Below, piece after piece: positions 31,460 to 40,682 of a stretch of DNA of 64,000 bases (positions are counted from its first letter, which is position 1; each line of letters opens with the position of its first letter). A program made the position numbers and the translations under genes. The notes beneath the pieces are model-generated. The model saw only the letters and a program-made list of their open reading frames with translations, ran no database searches and had not been told where the DNA came from. The DNA comes from a virus (Duplodnaviria > Heunggongvirae > Uroviricota > Caudoviricetes), in IMG/VR virus record IMGVR_UViG_3300047560_001314; one strand, 5' to 3'.

Positions 31460-32245
31460 ATGGCAGCAAAAGGAACAAGAGAACTTCTTCTAGAGATCAT
31501 TCAGAAGGAAGTTGGAACCGTAGAAGGTCCAAAGGACAACGAAACAAAGTACGGAGCATATACAAAGGCAAACTTCTTGCCATGGTGTGGATCATTCGTA
31601 AACTGGTCAGCAAATCAGGCTGGTGTTAAGGTCCCGAATACTGTTTATACACCAGCAGGTGTAGCAGCATTTAAGAAGGCTGGCAAGTGGGTTCCTGTAA
31701 AGGGAAACAAGCCTCAAGCAGGTTGGGTTGTTTACTTTGACTTCCCTGGTGGTCGTGACATTGACCATGTTGGTTGGATTTTAAAGGATAACGGAGACGG
31801 TACTGCTTGGTGTATTGAAGGAAATACTTCTGCTGATGGCAAGAAGGGTAGCCAGTCAAATGGTGGAGAATGTGCAAAGAAACTTCGTGCATATGGTCCA
31901 AATAAAAAGAACCTTCCAGTATTTATTGCAGGGTATGGAGTAGTTGACTACCCCGATGCACCTGTAACAGAGGTAAAGTCATTAGAAGAAAAGAAGGTAG
32001 CACTTGCTGAAGTTGCAAAATCACAAGGTGTTGAAGTTCCACCAGTTAAACTATTTAAGGCAATTAAAAAGGGTTCAAAGGGTCAGGCTGTTAAAAATGT
32101 TCAGTCTCTACTTAAAATTAATGCAGACGGTGAGTTTGGTCCAGGAACTGAAAAGGCTGTTAAGGCTTTCCAAACAAAAGAAAAGATCAAGCCAACGGGA
32201 ATTGTTGACGAAGAGACTTTCCGCAGATTAAAGGGAGTTAAATAA
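31460..32245 (+). CDS. endolysin: CHAP-domain amidase/peptidase + C-terminal peptidoglycan-binding domain
   Basis: CHAP Cys/His (LPWCGSFVNW ... DIDHVGWIL). C-terminal PG_binding_1-like GSKGQAVKNVQSLLKINADGEFGPGTEKAVKAFQ. Confidence 0.7.
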   Translation: MAAKGTRELLLEIIQKEVGTVEGPKDNETKYGAYTKANFLPWCGSFVNWSANQAGVKVPNTVYTPAGVAAFKKAGKWVPVKGNKPQAGWVVYFDFPGGRDIDHVGWILKDNGDGTAWCIEGNTSADGKKGSQSNGGECAKKLRAYGPNKKNLPVFIAGYGVVDYPDAPVTEVKSLEEKKVALAEVAKSQGVEVPPVKLFKAIKKGSKGQAVKNVQSLLKINADGEFGPGTEKAVKAFQTKEKIKPTGIVDEETFRRLKGVK

Positions 32246-32445
32246 TGGAGTCAACAAAAAGAACTTTGCTTAAGACACTTAGTTGGGAAACCTTCCATCT
32301 GATTGGTGTAGCAGGTGTCATTTATCTATTTACAGGAGAGTGGGAGTATGCAAGTCTTGGTGCTCTTCTCTATATTGCCTGGGAATCACTTGGCTACTTC
32401 TTGCATGAAAGAGTGTGGGCTAAGTTTGGAAATGGAGTTAAGTAA
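32245..32445 (+). CDS. small membrane protein (DUF2061-like)
   Basis: 66 aa with two TM segments. Confidence 0.35.
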   Translation: MESTKRTLLKTLSWETFHLIGVAGVIYLFTGEWEYASLGALLYIAWESLGYFLHERVWAKFGNGVK

Positions 32446-32552
32446 TGAAGTTTAAAATTATTAGATTTGTTGCCAAGATTCTAGGTTATGAGTTGGGTAA
32501 GCAATTCCCAAACTCACCAGTATGGATGCTAAAAGAAAAGAAAAAGTAAACA

Positions 32553-32741
32553 ATGGCGCTATATGAATATGAGTGTACTGGTGGATGCGAAGGGATTGTT
32601 CCAATTAAACGCCCAATGGCAGAAGATGATCCAGGATACTCATGCGAAACTTGCAATTCACCACTAACTCGTGTATACTCTAATGTAGGAGCAATTTTCA
32701 ACGGCAGTGGCTTTTATAGCACAGATAATAGAAAGAAGTAG
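32553..32741 (+). CDS. FmdB-family zinc-ribbon protein
   Basis: MALYEYECTGGC...CETCNSP. Confidence 0.5.
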   Translation: MALYEYECTGGCEGIVPIKRPMAEDDPGYSCETCNSPLTRVYSNVGAIFNGSGFYSTDNRKK

Positions 32742-32749
32742 AGTATACT

Positions 32750-33004
32750 ATGAGTACTATGGCAAAGGTTCGTAACACAGCAGCATATCAACTTGGTCCT
32801 AAAGATCGTTGTGATTCATGTGGAGCGGAAGCACTTGTTCAAGTTACTGGATTAAACGGAGACCTGATGTTTTGTGGTCACCACTATAATAAAATTATGG
32901 ATGATGCAAATGGATACAAGAATATGATGAAGTTTGCTATTACGATTCTTGATGAAAGAGATAAGTTGGTTCAAGATAAAATAAAGGATGAAGATTATGT
33001 ATGA
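32750..33004 (+). CDS. zinc-ribbon protein
   Basis: CDSCGAEA...CGHH. Confidence 0.3.
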   Translation: MSTMAKVRNTAAYQLGPKDRCDSCGAEALVQVTGLNGDLMFCGHHYNKIMDDANGYKNMMKFAITILDERDKLVQDKIKDEDYV

Positions 33005-33404
33005 GTACTATGTTAGAAAAGTAGAGAATGTTGTTGATGGAGATACCATCGATGTTCTTATTGATTTAGGTTTTGATATCCTATTTGCATCCCGTGTAAG
33101 ACTTGCAGGTATTGATACCCCTGAGTCACGCACATCTGATAAGGCTGAGAAAGTTCTTGGACTTGAAGCAAAGGAATACCTTAAAAAGAATTTAAAGGAT
33201 GCTAAGTCTGTTGTAATTAAAACTGAGAAGATGGACTCATCTGAAAAGTATGGTCGCATCTTGGGCTGGGTATATGTAGACGGCAATACTATTTCCCTTA
33301 ATGATATGATGATCAATGACGGGTATGCCTGGGGATACTTAGGAGATACCAAGGTTAAGGACTTTGAGGCATTGGCTAAGGCTAGAAAGAAGTCTGGCAA
33401 ATGA
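32988..33404 (+). CDS. thermonuclease (staphylococcal nuclease-like)
   Basis: DGDTIDV...RLAGIDTPE...YGR motifs of the SNase fold. Confidence 0.65.
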   Translation: MKIMYEYYVRKVENVVDGDTIDVLIDLGFDILFASRVRLAGIDTPESRTSDKAEKVLGLEAKEYLKKNLKDAKSVVIKTEKMDSSEKYGRILGWVYVDGNTISLNDMMINDGYAWGYLGDTKVKDFEALAKARKKSGK

Positions 33405-33652
33405 GCCATGTTCTTTATTTTACTGCTGAATGGTGCAACCCCTGCCAGCGTACCAAGCCAATTGCAGAAGAGTTAAAGCGTGATGGAGTCATTGACTTCA
33501 TGTTTGTAGACGCTGACTCAGAATCAGATTTGGTTCAAAAGTTTGGCATTAAATCTATCCCAACATATATCCTTATTAAGGATGGGGAAGAAGTCAAACG
33601 AATGAATGGCGCTAAAACAAGAGAAGACTTTTTAAACTTTATCGGAGAGTAA
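33401..33652 (+). CDS. trx: thioredoxin
   Basis: WCNPC active site, 83 aa. Confidence 0.7.
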   Translation: MSHVLYFTAEWCNPCQRTKPIAEELKRDGVIDFMFVDADSESDLVQKFGIKSIPTYILIKDGEEVKRMNGAKTREDFLNFIGE

Positions 33653-33873
33653 TGAATCCAAAAACAGATGCAATGATTGAGCATTTAATCAATCAGGGTG
33701 CTGTAGAGATGTTTGACATTGACCAAGACGGACATATGTTGTACAAAATTACAGACAAACTTAAGCAGGTAAGTCCTGAATTATATGAAGACCTTCGTGA
33801 TCAATATGAAGATCACTTATTTAAACTTGTAGATCAGGGTCCTACTACTATGGTTTGGAGATTAAATGGATGA
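33652..33873 (+). CDS. hypothetical protein (paralog A)
   Basis: 73 aa; shares about 40% identity with the next ORF (GAVEMFDIDQDGHMLYKITDKLKQVSPELYE). Confidence 0.35.
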   Translation: MNPKTDAMIEHLINQGAVEMFDIDQDGHMLYKITDKLKQVSPELYEDLRDQYEDHLFKLVDQGPTTMVWRLNG

Positions 33874-34198
33874 CGATAAGATCTTTGAAGATTTGATTCT
33901 AAGTGGTGCACTGGAGTTTGCTGGTCTAGATGTAGATAGCGGAGAGATGCTCTATAACTTTACTGAAAAGTTAAAAGATGTTAATCCACAACTACACAAT
34001 GAATTCTCAACCTACTTATACTCAGAGGTATCTGAGTTGTGGGCTAATGGATTTTTGGATATGTATATCACAGACAGCAATCCTCAAGTAACACTAACTG
34101 CAAAAGCCCTAGATCCAGAGCAGGTTGCAAAACTTGATAAGGATAAACAGTATACTCTAAAAGAGATTATACGAATAATCATGGACTCTAATAAGTAG
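33866..34198 (+). CDS. hypothetical protein (paralog B)
   Basis: 110 aa; GALEFAGLDVDSGEMLYNFTEKLKDVNPQLHNE aligns with paralog A. Confidence 0.35.
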   Translation: MDDDKIFEDLILSGALEFAGLDVDSGEMLYNFTEKLKDVNPQLHNEFSTYLYSEVSELWANGFLDMYITDSNPQVTLTAKALDPEQVAKLDKDKQYTLKEIIRIIMDSNK

Positions 34199-34207
34199 GA
34201 ATTTGCA

Positions 34208-34633
34208 ATGGATTTTATCTTAGGTTCACTTATAACTGCAACAGTTATTTATGCTGCTACAAGGTATTTTGAAAAAATATATCATGTTGCAAATAAACCT
34301 ATTAGATATAGATTTAGTCAAAGTTCTTTGCATGAACTTATTAAGCCACTTCTTCCAGATGACTTGTTTATTTCAGATGAAAAAATAACTCAGTCATTTT
34401 TGCATGAGCAAAGAACAAATTTAAGAGTTATTATTTTAGATGGTTTTGCATACTGGATTAAGGACAATACATTCTTTAGGTCTCAGATGAATGGCTACGA
34501 TATAGACAGAGATTCTGCTGAGGTAGTTGACATCATGGGGCTTAATAAGGTACAATTAGACAAGATGATTTTTGTCATAGACAAACTAAGAGAAGGGTTG
34601 CCAAATGATAGTGGCAGTGCAGGGAACGAATAA
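34208..34633 (+). CDS. hypothetical protein (N-terminal TM)
   Basis: 141 aa ORF. Confidence 0.3.
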   Translation: MDFILGSLITATVIYAATRYFEKIYHVANKPIRYRFSQSSLHELIKPLLPDDLFISDEKITQSFLHEQRTNLRVIILDGFAYWIKDNTFFRSQMNGYDIDRDSAEVVDIMGLNKVQLDKMIFVIDKLREGLPNDSGSAGNE

Positions 34634-34955
34634 CTTTTCAGACTACAAGGTATTCCTTCGTAGCATGGCAGTTGCAATGTCAATGCTTCAGGAGGATGAT
34701 CCAGAGTTTGAAATCTATTCTGCTGGGCCAGGCAATATCAATGACATGGTTTCTGAGTTTACAAATTTATCAGAGCGTGGCATGAAGGCTCGTGGAAAAA
34801 GGATTAAGTTTTATAAGGTTGCTCCATCATGGATCAGCGAAAACATTCAGTCGTTTAGATACATCGTTTACTTGGCAACCCCAAATGAGCAGTCATCTAA
34901 ACTAGTTTTAGAAGCACAAGACAACAATGTCGAAGTGGGAATATTCAAATACTAA
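34605..34955 (+). CDS. hypothetical protein
   Basis: 116 aa ORF. Confidence 0.3.
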   Translation: MIVAVQGTNNFSDYKVFLRSMAVAMSMLQEDDPEFEIYSAGPGNINDMVSEFTNLSERGMKARGKRIKFYKVAPSWISENIQSFRYIVYLATPNEQSSKLVLEAQDNNVEVGIFKY

Positions 34956-35175
34956 GGGGTATAAAATGGTCGTAACATCACTTGAAAAGATGGAAGAGAT
35001 TGTTTCAAACAATAAGGCTTTGAGTTGGAATGGTTGGACAGTGGTTCATTCGTATCCATCTGATAAGGCCCGTACATCCAAGTTTGGGGCATTAGTTAAT
35101 GGAAAGTGGCAGATGCAAAAGCACTTTGAACCTACAAATTCTGGGTGGGAGATTCCAGATAAGTTTGTGAGGTAG
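34927..35175 (+). CDS. hypothetical protein
   Basis: 82 aa ORF. Confidence 0.3.
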   Translation: MSKWEYSNTKGYKMVVTSLEKMEEIVSNNKALSWNGWTVVHSYPSDKARTSKFGALVNGKWQMQKHFEPTNSGWEIPDKFVR

Positions 35176-35178
35176 TTC

Positions 35179-35460
35179 ATGAAGCATGATTGGAAAGATG
35201 ATGCTTTGTGTTTAGATTATGACACAAATCTATTCTTTGATAAGTATGAAGAGGATGAGTTACTTAGACCAGCAATAGATAAGTTTTGCTCTGAATGTCC
35301 AGTAGCAAAGACCTGTTTTGCAGTTGGTGTATCTCAAAAAGAGTGGGGAATTTGGGGAGGAGTCTACCTAGAAGGTGGCGGAATCTCTAAAGAATTTAGT
35401 AGGCATAAGACAAAGGCTGACTGGGCTACAACCTGGCAGTACCTAACAATGGAGCAATAG
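35179..35460 (+). CDS. whiB: WhiB-like Fe-S transcription factor
   Basis: Four Cys (C...CSECPVAKTC) plus a GIWGG turn; 93 aa. The family is restricted to Actinobacteria and their phages. Confidence 0.65.
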   Translation: MKHDWKDDALCLDYDTNLFFDKYEEDELLRPAIDKFCSECPVAKTCFAVGVSQKEWGIWGGVYLEGGGISKEFSRHKTKADWATTWQYLTMEQ

Positions 35461-35461
35461 T

Positions 35462-35671
35462 ATGTGGTCATGGATATTAGCAGCAATTGGTGTAACTGGC
35501 ATATTCCTTGTTGGTCGTAAGACTATATGGGGGTGGGCAGTTCTATTGCTTAATGAATGTATTTGGATTGCTTATGCTATTGCTACAGATCAATATGGTT
35601 TTATTGCTATGGCTACGGCATACTCATTGGTTTATATTAAGTCTTTTATTCATTGGAGAAGAGAGGAATAA
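35462..35671 (+). CDS. small membrane protein
   Basis: 69 aa, two TM segments. Confidence 0.3.
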   Translation: MWSWILAAIGVTGIFLVGRKTIWGWAVLLLNECIWIAYAIATDQYGFIAMATAYSLVYIKSFIHWRREE

Positions 35672-35910
35672 TGTATACACCACAAATGAGTTCAGCCTTC
35701 CACTCAATCAAGCATTTTTGCCCACAAGGATTTGTGCTTGAAGTTATTGATAATGAACACTTTATAACTTTAAGGGCAAGTGAGCCTCACTTTATGAGAC
35801 TAACTGGAGAAGATAAACTTCGTGCTGTTGAATATATGGTTCGTGCAAAAAAGGCTTTAGAGGATAATGGAGCAATCGTTCTGCTAGTAAGAGAAGGCGG
35901 AAAAGAATAA
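35653..35910 (+). CDS. hypothetical protein
   Basis: 85 aa ORF. Confidence 0.3.
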   Translation: MEKRGIMYTPQMSSAFHSIKHFCPQGFVLEVIDNEHFITLRASEPHFMRLTGEDKLRAVEYMVRAKKALEDNGAIVLLVREGGKE

Positions 35911-35925
35911 TATGGAGGTAATAAA

Positions 35926-36330
35926 GTGATACTAACAATAACATTAAGTGTGCTACTTGCTTTTTTTGTAATGCTGTCTGCAATAATGGGACTTAGACTA
36001 ATCACATTAAGAAACGATGTCGCAGAGTTTTCGCTTCGTGTAGCACTTCTTGAACAAGGAGTAAAAAAGGCTTTAGACACATCTCCACCAATTGAAAACA
36101 GTGAAGGGTTCTTGCGCTTTATTTCGGAATCCCGTGACTGGGCATTTCAATACATTGAAGAATTTCAGGCTGGATTAAAAGATTTTATATCTTCAGTTGA
36201 GCCAGAAATCAACTATTTTAAAGAGTACGGTGATATAATGTCAATGCAACCAAACTATTTCTCTTTAAAGAAAATAGTTGAAGAGTACGAAAAGTTAAAA
36301 GAGTTGCTTCCTAAAGAAGAGCAACACTAA
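35926..36330 (+). CDS. hypothetical membrane-anchored protein
   Basis: 134 aa, N-terminal TM. Confidence 0.3.
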   Translation: MILTITLSVLLAFFVMLSAIMGLRLITLRNDVAEFSLRVALLEQGVKKALDTSPPIENSEGFLRFISESRDWAFQYIEEFQAGLKDFISSVEPEINYFKEYGDIMSMQPNYFSLKKIVEEYEKLKELLPKEEQH

Positions 36331-36346
36331 AATCCTAGGAGGAAAA

Positions 36347-36643
36347 ATGGACAGTACACAACTAAAGGCAATTGTTGCATCATACGGACGATCAGTTCTT
36401 GCTGCTGCAACAACACTATACATGGCAGGGGTAACAGATCCAAAGGATCTTGCATACTCTCTCGCAGGAGCAATTGTTCCAGTAGTGATTCGATATGCTA
36501 ACCCTAATGATAAGGCATTTGGTCGCATGCCAGAGGTGGCAGAAGTTGAGTTAGCACTCAAGAATGTAAAGCCAGTAAAGGCACCTGCAAAGAAGGCTCC
36601 AGCGAAGAAGGCTGTAGCAAAAAAGAATACGCCAAAGAAGTAA
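36347..36643 (+). CDS. hypothetical protein with Lys/Ala/Pro-rich histone-like tail
   Basis: C-terminus KAPAKKAPAKKAVAKKNTPKK. Confidence 0.35.
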   Translation: MDSTQLKAIVASYGRSVLAAATTLYMAGVTDPKDLAYSLAGAIVPVVIRYANPNDKAFGRMPEVAEVELALKNVKPVKAPAKKAPAKKAVAKKNTPKK

Positions 36644-36671
36644 AACTATATAGATTAGCAGGCTAGGGTAT

Positions 36672-36700
36672 TTGACTAGTCTGTTTTTCTATGTTATAAT
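36672..36700 (+). promoter_or_regulatory. sigma70 promoter TTGACT-N17-TATAAT
   Basis: Read directly; lies upstream of the hsp20 gene. Confidence 0.55.
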
Positions 36701-36754
36701 ATTGTTACCTGCCCATTAGGGGGGTATAACTTATTCGCTTGAAAGGGGAATAAA

Positions 36755-37159
36755 ATGGTAGAAACAATGCTGGGTCTTTTAGACGACCCATTCTTTAATA
36801 GGTTCAATCAAACAATCAGAACAACAACACAAAATAATTATCCACCTTATAATGTAATTAAGGTTGAGGATAGTTTGTTTATTTTGGAGTTTGCTCTAGC
36901 AGGATTTGATAAGGACGAAGTATCAATCACAGTAGAAAATGGTCAACTAAAAATTAGTGGACAAAGATCTGAGGTTGAAGAAGATCAGTATGTAACCTAT
37001 TTGCACAAGGGAATCGCAGCAAGAAAGTTCTCAACTGTATTTAACTTGCCAGAATATATGGAAGTTGAAACAGCAATTTTTTCAAACGGTATCCTAGAGA
37101 TCACACTTGAAAAGCGCATCCCAGAAGAAAAGAAACCGAAGACCATCCAAATTCAGTAG
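36755..37159 (+). CDS. Hsp20/alpha-crystallin small heat-shock protein
   Basis: ACD motifs: VIKVEDSLFILEFALAGFDKDEVSITVENGQLKISGQR ... FNLPEYMEVETAIFSNGILEITL. Confidence 0.7.
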   Translation: MVETMLGLLDDPFFNRFNQTIRTTTQNNYPPYNVIKVEDSLFILEFALAGFDKDEVSITVENGQLKISGQRSEVEEDQYVTYLHKGIAARKFSTVFNLPEYMEVETAIFSNGILEITLEKRIPEEKKPKTIQIQ

Positions 37160-37229
37160 TATAATAAAAATCTATACACCCAGACACCTGGGCAGTGTAG
37201 TAAAAGGGTCGCTACCCCTTGGATGGAGT

Positions 37230-37266
37230 CCTGAGCATGACTTTAAACTGCTCTTTCTGGTATAAT
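37230..37266 (+). promoter_or_regulatory. promoter: conserved CCTGAGCATGACTTTAAACTGC motif (-35 TGACTT) + N17 + TATAAT
   Basis: Plus-orientation copy of the 22-nt motif found four times in the right arm. The CTGGTATAATTAAAATAT 18-mer is also shared with 57061-57078. Confidence 0.4.
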
Positions 37267-37272
37267 TAAAAT

Positions 37273-37446
37273 ATGACAAGAAAAAGCCATGAGTATAAAG
37301 AAGAGGATAGCGCTGTAGACCTTCTTATTCATACAAAGTCACCAACAAAATGGCTATTAATTGATAGAGAGACTGGTCAGGTTTATCAGGGTAATGTTAA
37401 TGGTTATTGGGACAGATTGGACCCAGTTTCTAAACCGATGATATAA
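37273..37446 (+). CDS. small hypothetical protein (57 aa)
   Basis: ATG 7 nt after TATAAT, so likely leaderless. Not in the track. Confidence 0.3.
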   Translation: MTRKSHEYKEEDSAVDLLIHTKSPTKWLLIDRETGQVYQGNVNGYWDRLDPVSKPMI

Positions 37447-37454
37447 TACATAGT

Positions 37455-37730
37455 ATGACGACTCATGCCCTAACACAATTAAGTAATACAGAGGCTACAC
37501 GCCTAACACCACCAGGACTTCACTCTGGAATGGATATCACTCTTCAAAATGTTAATACAGATGCTTATGTATTTGTTGGAGGAGAAGGCGTTACTACAAC
37601 AAATTATGGTTATCGCATTTCTCCTAATAATGGATGGGCAATTGAACTACCTGGTAAAGATGCACTATATGCAATCTCAGATGTAAATGGAGCAAATGTA
37701 GCAGTGCTACAGACTGGACTTGAGCCATAA
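37455..37730 (+). CDS. hypothetical protein
   Basis: 91 aa ORF. Confidence 0.3.
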   Translation: MTTHALTQLSNTEATRLTPPGLHSGMDITLQNVNTDAYVFVGGEGVTTTNYGYRISPNNGWAIELPGKDALYAISDVNGANVAVLQTGLEP

Positions 37731-38776
37731 TGTCACGCTTCACTAGCCCTGACGCAAATGGTGCACCAGGCCCAATGGGGCCAACTGGCCCTGCAGGTGC
37801 CGATGGAGAAAATGGTGTTGGCGTTCCACCAGGTGGAGACGCTGGAGATATTCTTGCAAAAGTCGACGGTACAGATTACAATACTGAATGGATCCAAAAC
37901 TATACAAGTACAGTAAAGCATGAAGTAAAGTATATTGGAGATCCAACTATTCCTGTAGGAACACCAGTATACACAGTTCTTAATGGCAATGGAAATAGTT
38001 CAACAAACATCCCAGTAAACATTGCATCCAATGCATCTGAGGCAACATCATCAAAGACTATGGGATTAGTTGAAGCATCAGTTGCAAAGAATGGTTTTGT
38101 ATATGTTGTCACAGAAGGTTTAGTAGATGGCATTGATACCTCTACCGCAAATACTGGAGATCCAGTTTGGCTTGGAGTAGATGGTGCTTATATCTTTGGT
38201 CTTGCAAATAAACCAAAGGCTCCAGCACATTTAGTATTTCTTGGAGTTGTTACAAGAGGACAACAAGTTAATGGTGAGATATTTGTTAAAGTACAAAATG
38301 GTTTTGAACTAGATGAACTACATACAGTATCACTTGAGTCATCTATAGCGGATAATGAAATACTTGCTTACGATACCGCTTCAGGATTATGGAAAAATCA
38401 AACCCTTGATGAATTATTATTGAAAGCAAGTGGATTTGTTAATGCTGGTGTTGATGTAACATTGGGTAACTTAAAGGCAAGAATTCCAGCATCTGGCAAT
38501 CGCAGCCTACAACTATCCACAATTACAGGAACTTATAGTGTATATGGTAGTGGTATTTATTCACAAAATGGGGTAAGTGGGACTACAATTACAGAAGGAA
38601 ATTTTATCACAATAACAACAACACCAACATATCTTGTACCTAGTTACCAGTTTACAGTTGCTGGTGCCACAGATACATGGGTTTTGAGAGACCTAAGCAA
38701 CACTATTGCTTGGAGAATAACCTTGGTTATTGGTGGAAGTTTTAACAATAACTTTATTAGTATTGAAAGATTATAG
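37730..38776 (+). CDS. collagen-like-repeat fiber protein
   Basis: GAPGPMGPTGPAGADGENGVGVPPGGDAGD G-X-Y repeats near the N-terminus, then a beta-rich body. Confidence 0.45.
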   Translation: MSRFTSPDANGAPGPMGPTGPAGADGENGVGVPPGGDAGDILAKVDGTDYNTEWIQNYTSTVKHEVKYIGDPTIPVGTPVYTVLNGNGNSSTNIPVNIASNASEATSSKTMGLVEASVAKNGFVYVVTEGLVDGIDTSTANTGDPVWLGVDGAYIFGLANKPKAPAHLVFLGVVTRGQQVNGEIFVKVQNGFELDELHTVSLESSIADNEILAYDTASGLWKNQTLDELLLKASGFVNAGVDVTLGNLKARIPASGNRSLQLSTITGTYSVYGSGIYSQNGVSGTTITEGNFITITTTPTYLVPSYQFTVAGATDTWVLRDLSNTIAWRITLVIGGSFNNNFISIERL

Positions 38777-38794
38777 TCTGGTATAATAAATGGT

Positions 38795-39244
38795 ATGAAC
38801 GATCTTATTAACCTACTAAAAGTCCTTCTTGCGGACAACATTACCTTGAAGTTAAAGGCCCACGGCTATCACTGGAATGTAGAGGGTGATGATTTTCCAC
38901 AATTCCACGACTTTTTCGGGGATATTTATGCAGATTATGAGTCAGCAACAGATACCTATGCAGAATGGCTTCGTAAGTTAGATGCATATGCACCATTTAA
39001 GTTATCTAGATTTATTGAACTTAATGAAGTAGGAGAGCCAGAAATATCTTCTGATCCAAAGATGATGTGTGCTGATTTACTTATGGCAAATGATATGGTT
39101 CTTGCAAAACTTATGGATGCAGTTGATATGGCTACAGCAGGAAGACAGCATGCACTTGCAAACTTCTTTGCAGAGCGTATGGACCAACATCAAAGATGGC
39201 ACTGGATGCTATCTGCATCACTAAAAGAAAATGAGATGGACTAA
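38795..39244 (+). CDS. Dps-like ferritin-fold protein
   Basis: LKLKAHGYHWNVEGDDFPQFHDFFGDIYADYESATDTYAE matches the Dps helix A/B ferroxidase signature (HWNV..G..F..LH.. pattern). Confidence 0.6.
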   Translation: MNDLINLLKVLLADNITLKLKAHGYHWNVEGDDFPQFHDFFGDIYADYESATDTYAEWLRKLDAYAPFKLSRFIELNEVGEPEISSDPKMMCADLLMANDMVLAKLMDAVDMATAGRQHALANFFAERMDQHQRWHWMLSASLKENEMD

Positions 39245-39849
39245 TGCCATACCATATTGGCGAAAAGGGTTCTAACGGTTGCTCTGGATATCCAGTAGTA
39301 AGCGATGAAGGACATGTCGCAGGATGCCACGGCACAGAAGCAGAAGCAGGTGCACAAGTAAGAGCACTATATGCAAATGTACCAGATGCAAGTAAGTCAG
39401 AAACTCCAATGGATGTTGCTTATAACGCAGTTGTTACTGATCCAACTCCAGCAACTCCATCATCTAACATTAACCCAGGTGCAGGAATGAAGAAGCCACA
39501 ATACATGATGAACTTTGGAAGACAAATAGGATCAGGAATCAAAGATAAAAGAGTTGTAGATATTTGGACAGTAAAAGCAGATGCACCAATGCCAGAAAAT
39601 CCAATCATGCCAACACAAACATATGAAGGTTGTGAGTGTGATTACTGTACAGCAAATGAATTAACATGTTCTCAATGCCCACAATGTGGCGGAATGGATG
39701 GAGAAAGAGAAATGGCAGCATACGATGCTTCACTAGGTAAGTCTGATGAGACACCACAAGAACAACCACAAGAACCAGCAAAGCCAGAATCATTCTTTAA
39801 CTTTAGAGACATGAGAGCAACACGCAATACAGTTAGATTAGGGGAATAA
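39244..39849 (+). CDS. Cys-rich hypothetical protein
   Basis: 201 aa; CECDYCTANELTCSQCPQCGG cluster. Confidence 0.35.
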   Translation: MPYHIGEKGSNGCSGYPVVSDEGHVAGCHGTEAEAGAQVRALYANVPDASKSETPMDVAYNAVVTDPTPATPSSNINPGAGMKKPQYMMNFGRQIGSGIKDKRVVDIWTVKADAPMPENPIMPTQTYEGCECDYCTANELTCSQCPQCGGMDGEREMAAYDASLGKSDETPQEQPQEPAKPESFFNFRDMRATRNTVRLGE

Positions 39850-39850
39850 A

Positions 39851-39979
39851 ATGCCAAAGAAAAAGGCTGGAGCCTTTAATGATACACAGATCAAGAATGG
39901 GTGGATTGTAAAGGTCCGTAAAGATGGCACAATAAAGGCTTTGGTGGCCCCATACGAGCCAAAACACCCTACCAAGTAG
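39851..39979 (+). CDS. small basic protein (42 aa)
   Basis: Last + strand ORF before the tRNA array. Confidence 0.25.
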   Translation: MPKKKAGAFNDTQIKNGWIVKVRKDGTIKALVAPYEPKHPTK

Positions 39980-39985
39980 GATAAC

Positions 39986-40060
39986 TGGTAGCCCCAACGG
40001 GAATCGAACCCGTCTTGCCAGATTGAAAATCTGAAGTCCTAACCGATAGACGATGGAGCC
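39986..40060 (-). tRNA. tRNA-Glu (anticodon TTC), CCA encoded
   Basis: Manual cloverleaf fold: 3-bp D stem as in Glu tRNAs, anticodon loop TTTTCAA, T loop TTCGATT. Confidence 0.7.
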
Positions 40061-40064
40061 ATTG

Positions 40065-40137
40065 CTGGGGATGCAGGCCTCGATCCTGCGACTTGCGAAT
40101 TAACAGTTCGCCACTCTACCAACTGAGTTAATCCCCA
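40065..40137 (-). tRNA. tRNA-Asn (anticodon GTT)
   Basis: Manual fold: TA, ACTC/GAGT D arm, anticodon stem GCGAA/TTCGC, loop CTGTTAA. Confidence 0.7.
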
Positions 40138-40171
40138 CTGCATTAAAAGTATAGCATATTAAGTTGTTTTG

Positions 40172-40243
40172 CGTCCCCGATAGGATTCGAACCTATGGCC
40201 TACACCTTAGAAGGGTGTCACTCTTCCGCTGAGTTACGGAGAC
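40172..40243 (-). tRNA. tRNA-Arg (anticodon TCT)
   Basis: Manual fold: anticodon stem ACACC/GGTGT, loop CTTCTAA, T loop TTCGAAT. Confidence 0.7.
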
Positions 40244-40247
40244 TTAG

Positions 40248-40321
40248 TACAACAGGTAGGACTTGAACCTACGATAACCGAATTATGAGTTCGGGGCCTT
40301 GACCAACTTGGCTACTGTTGC
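40248..40321 (-). tRNA. tRNA-Met or Ile2 (anticodon CAT), elongator-type
   Basis: Manual fold: loop CTCATAA. No initiator features (G1-T72 pair; no run of three G-C at the base of the anticodon stem). Confidence 0.6.
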
Positions 40322-40363
40322 TTATATACTAAGTATATCCCATCGCTATTCAATTGTCAATTG

Positions 40364-40434
40364 CTTCTCCCCTAGGACTCGAACCTAGATTGCTGGTGCC
40401 AAAAACCAGAGTCCTGCCATTGGACGAAGGAGAA
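40364..40434 (-). tRNA. tRNA-Gln (anticodon TTG)
   Basis: Manual fold: anticodon stem CTGGT/ACCAG, loop TTTTGGC. Confidence 0.6.
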
Positions 40435-40510
40435 TCATGAGCCTTTTTTACATCTGCATACTCAGGCAGGGCTTAAAGTGTAGACTCATCCATGGTAATC
40501 TACTACTTTG

Positions 40511-40590
40511 TCCGCCATCTTGGAATCGAACCAAGCATGCCATAAGCGGGGGATTTACAGTCCCCTGTCCCACCTTGGAACATATGACGG
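40511..40590 (-). tRNA. tRNA-Tyr (anticodon GTA), long variable arm
   Basis: Manual fold: 13-nt variable arm, loop CTGTAAA, T loop TTCGATT. Confidence 0.7.
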
Positions 40591-40595
40591 AAGAG

Positions 40596-40682
40596 CGGAA
40601 GATATAGGATTCGAACCTATGGTAAGTTTTACCCTACGATCAGTTAGCAACCGATTGCTTTAGACCACTCAGCCAATCTTCC
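40596..40682 (-). tRNA. tRNA-Ser (anticodon GCT), long variable arm
   Basis: Manual fold: 87 nt, 3-bp D stem, loop TTGCTAA. Confidence 0.65.

Noticed and set aside
40435-40510. Possible additional tRNA in the 76-nt gap between tRNA-Gln and tRNA-Tyr
   Set aside because: No T-loop (GTTCRA-like) and no cloverleaf could be built on either strand; treated as a spacer.
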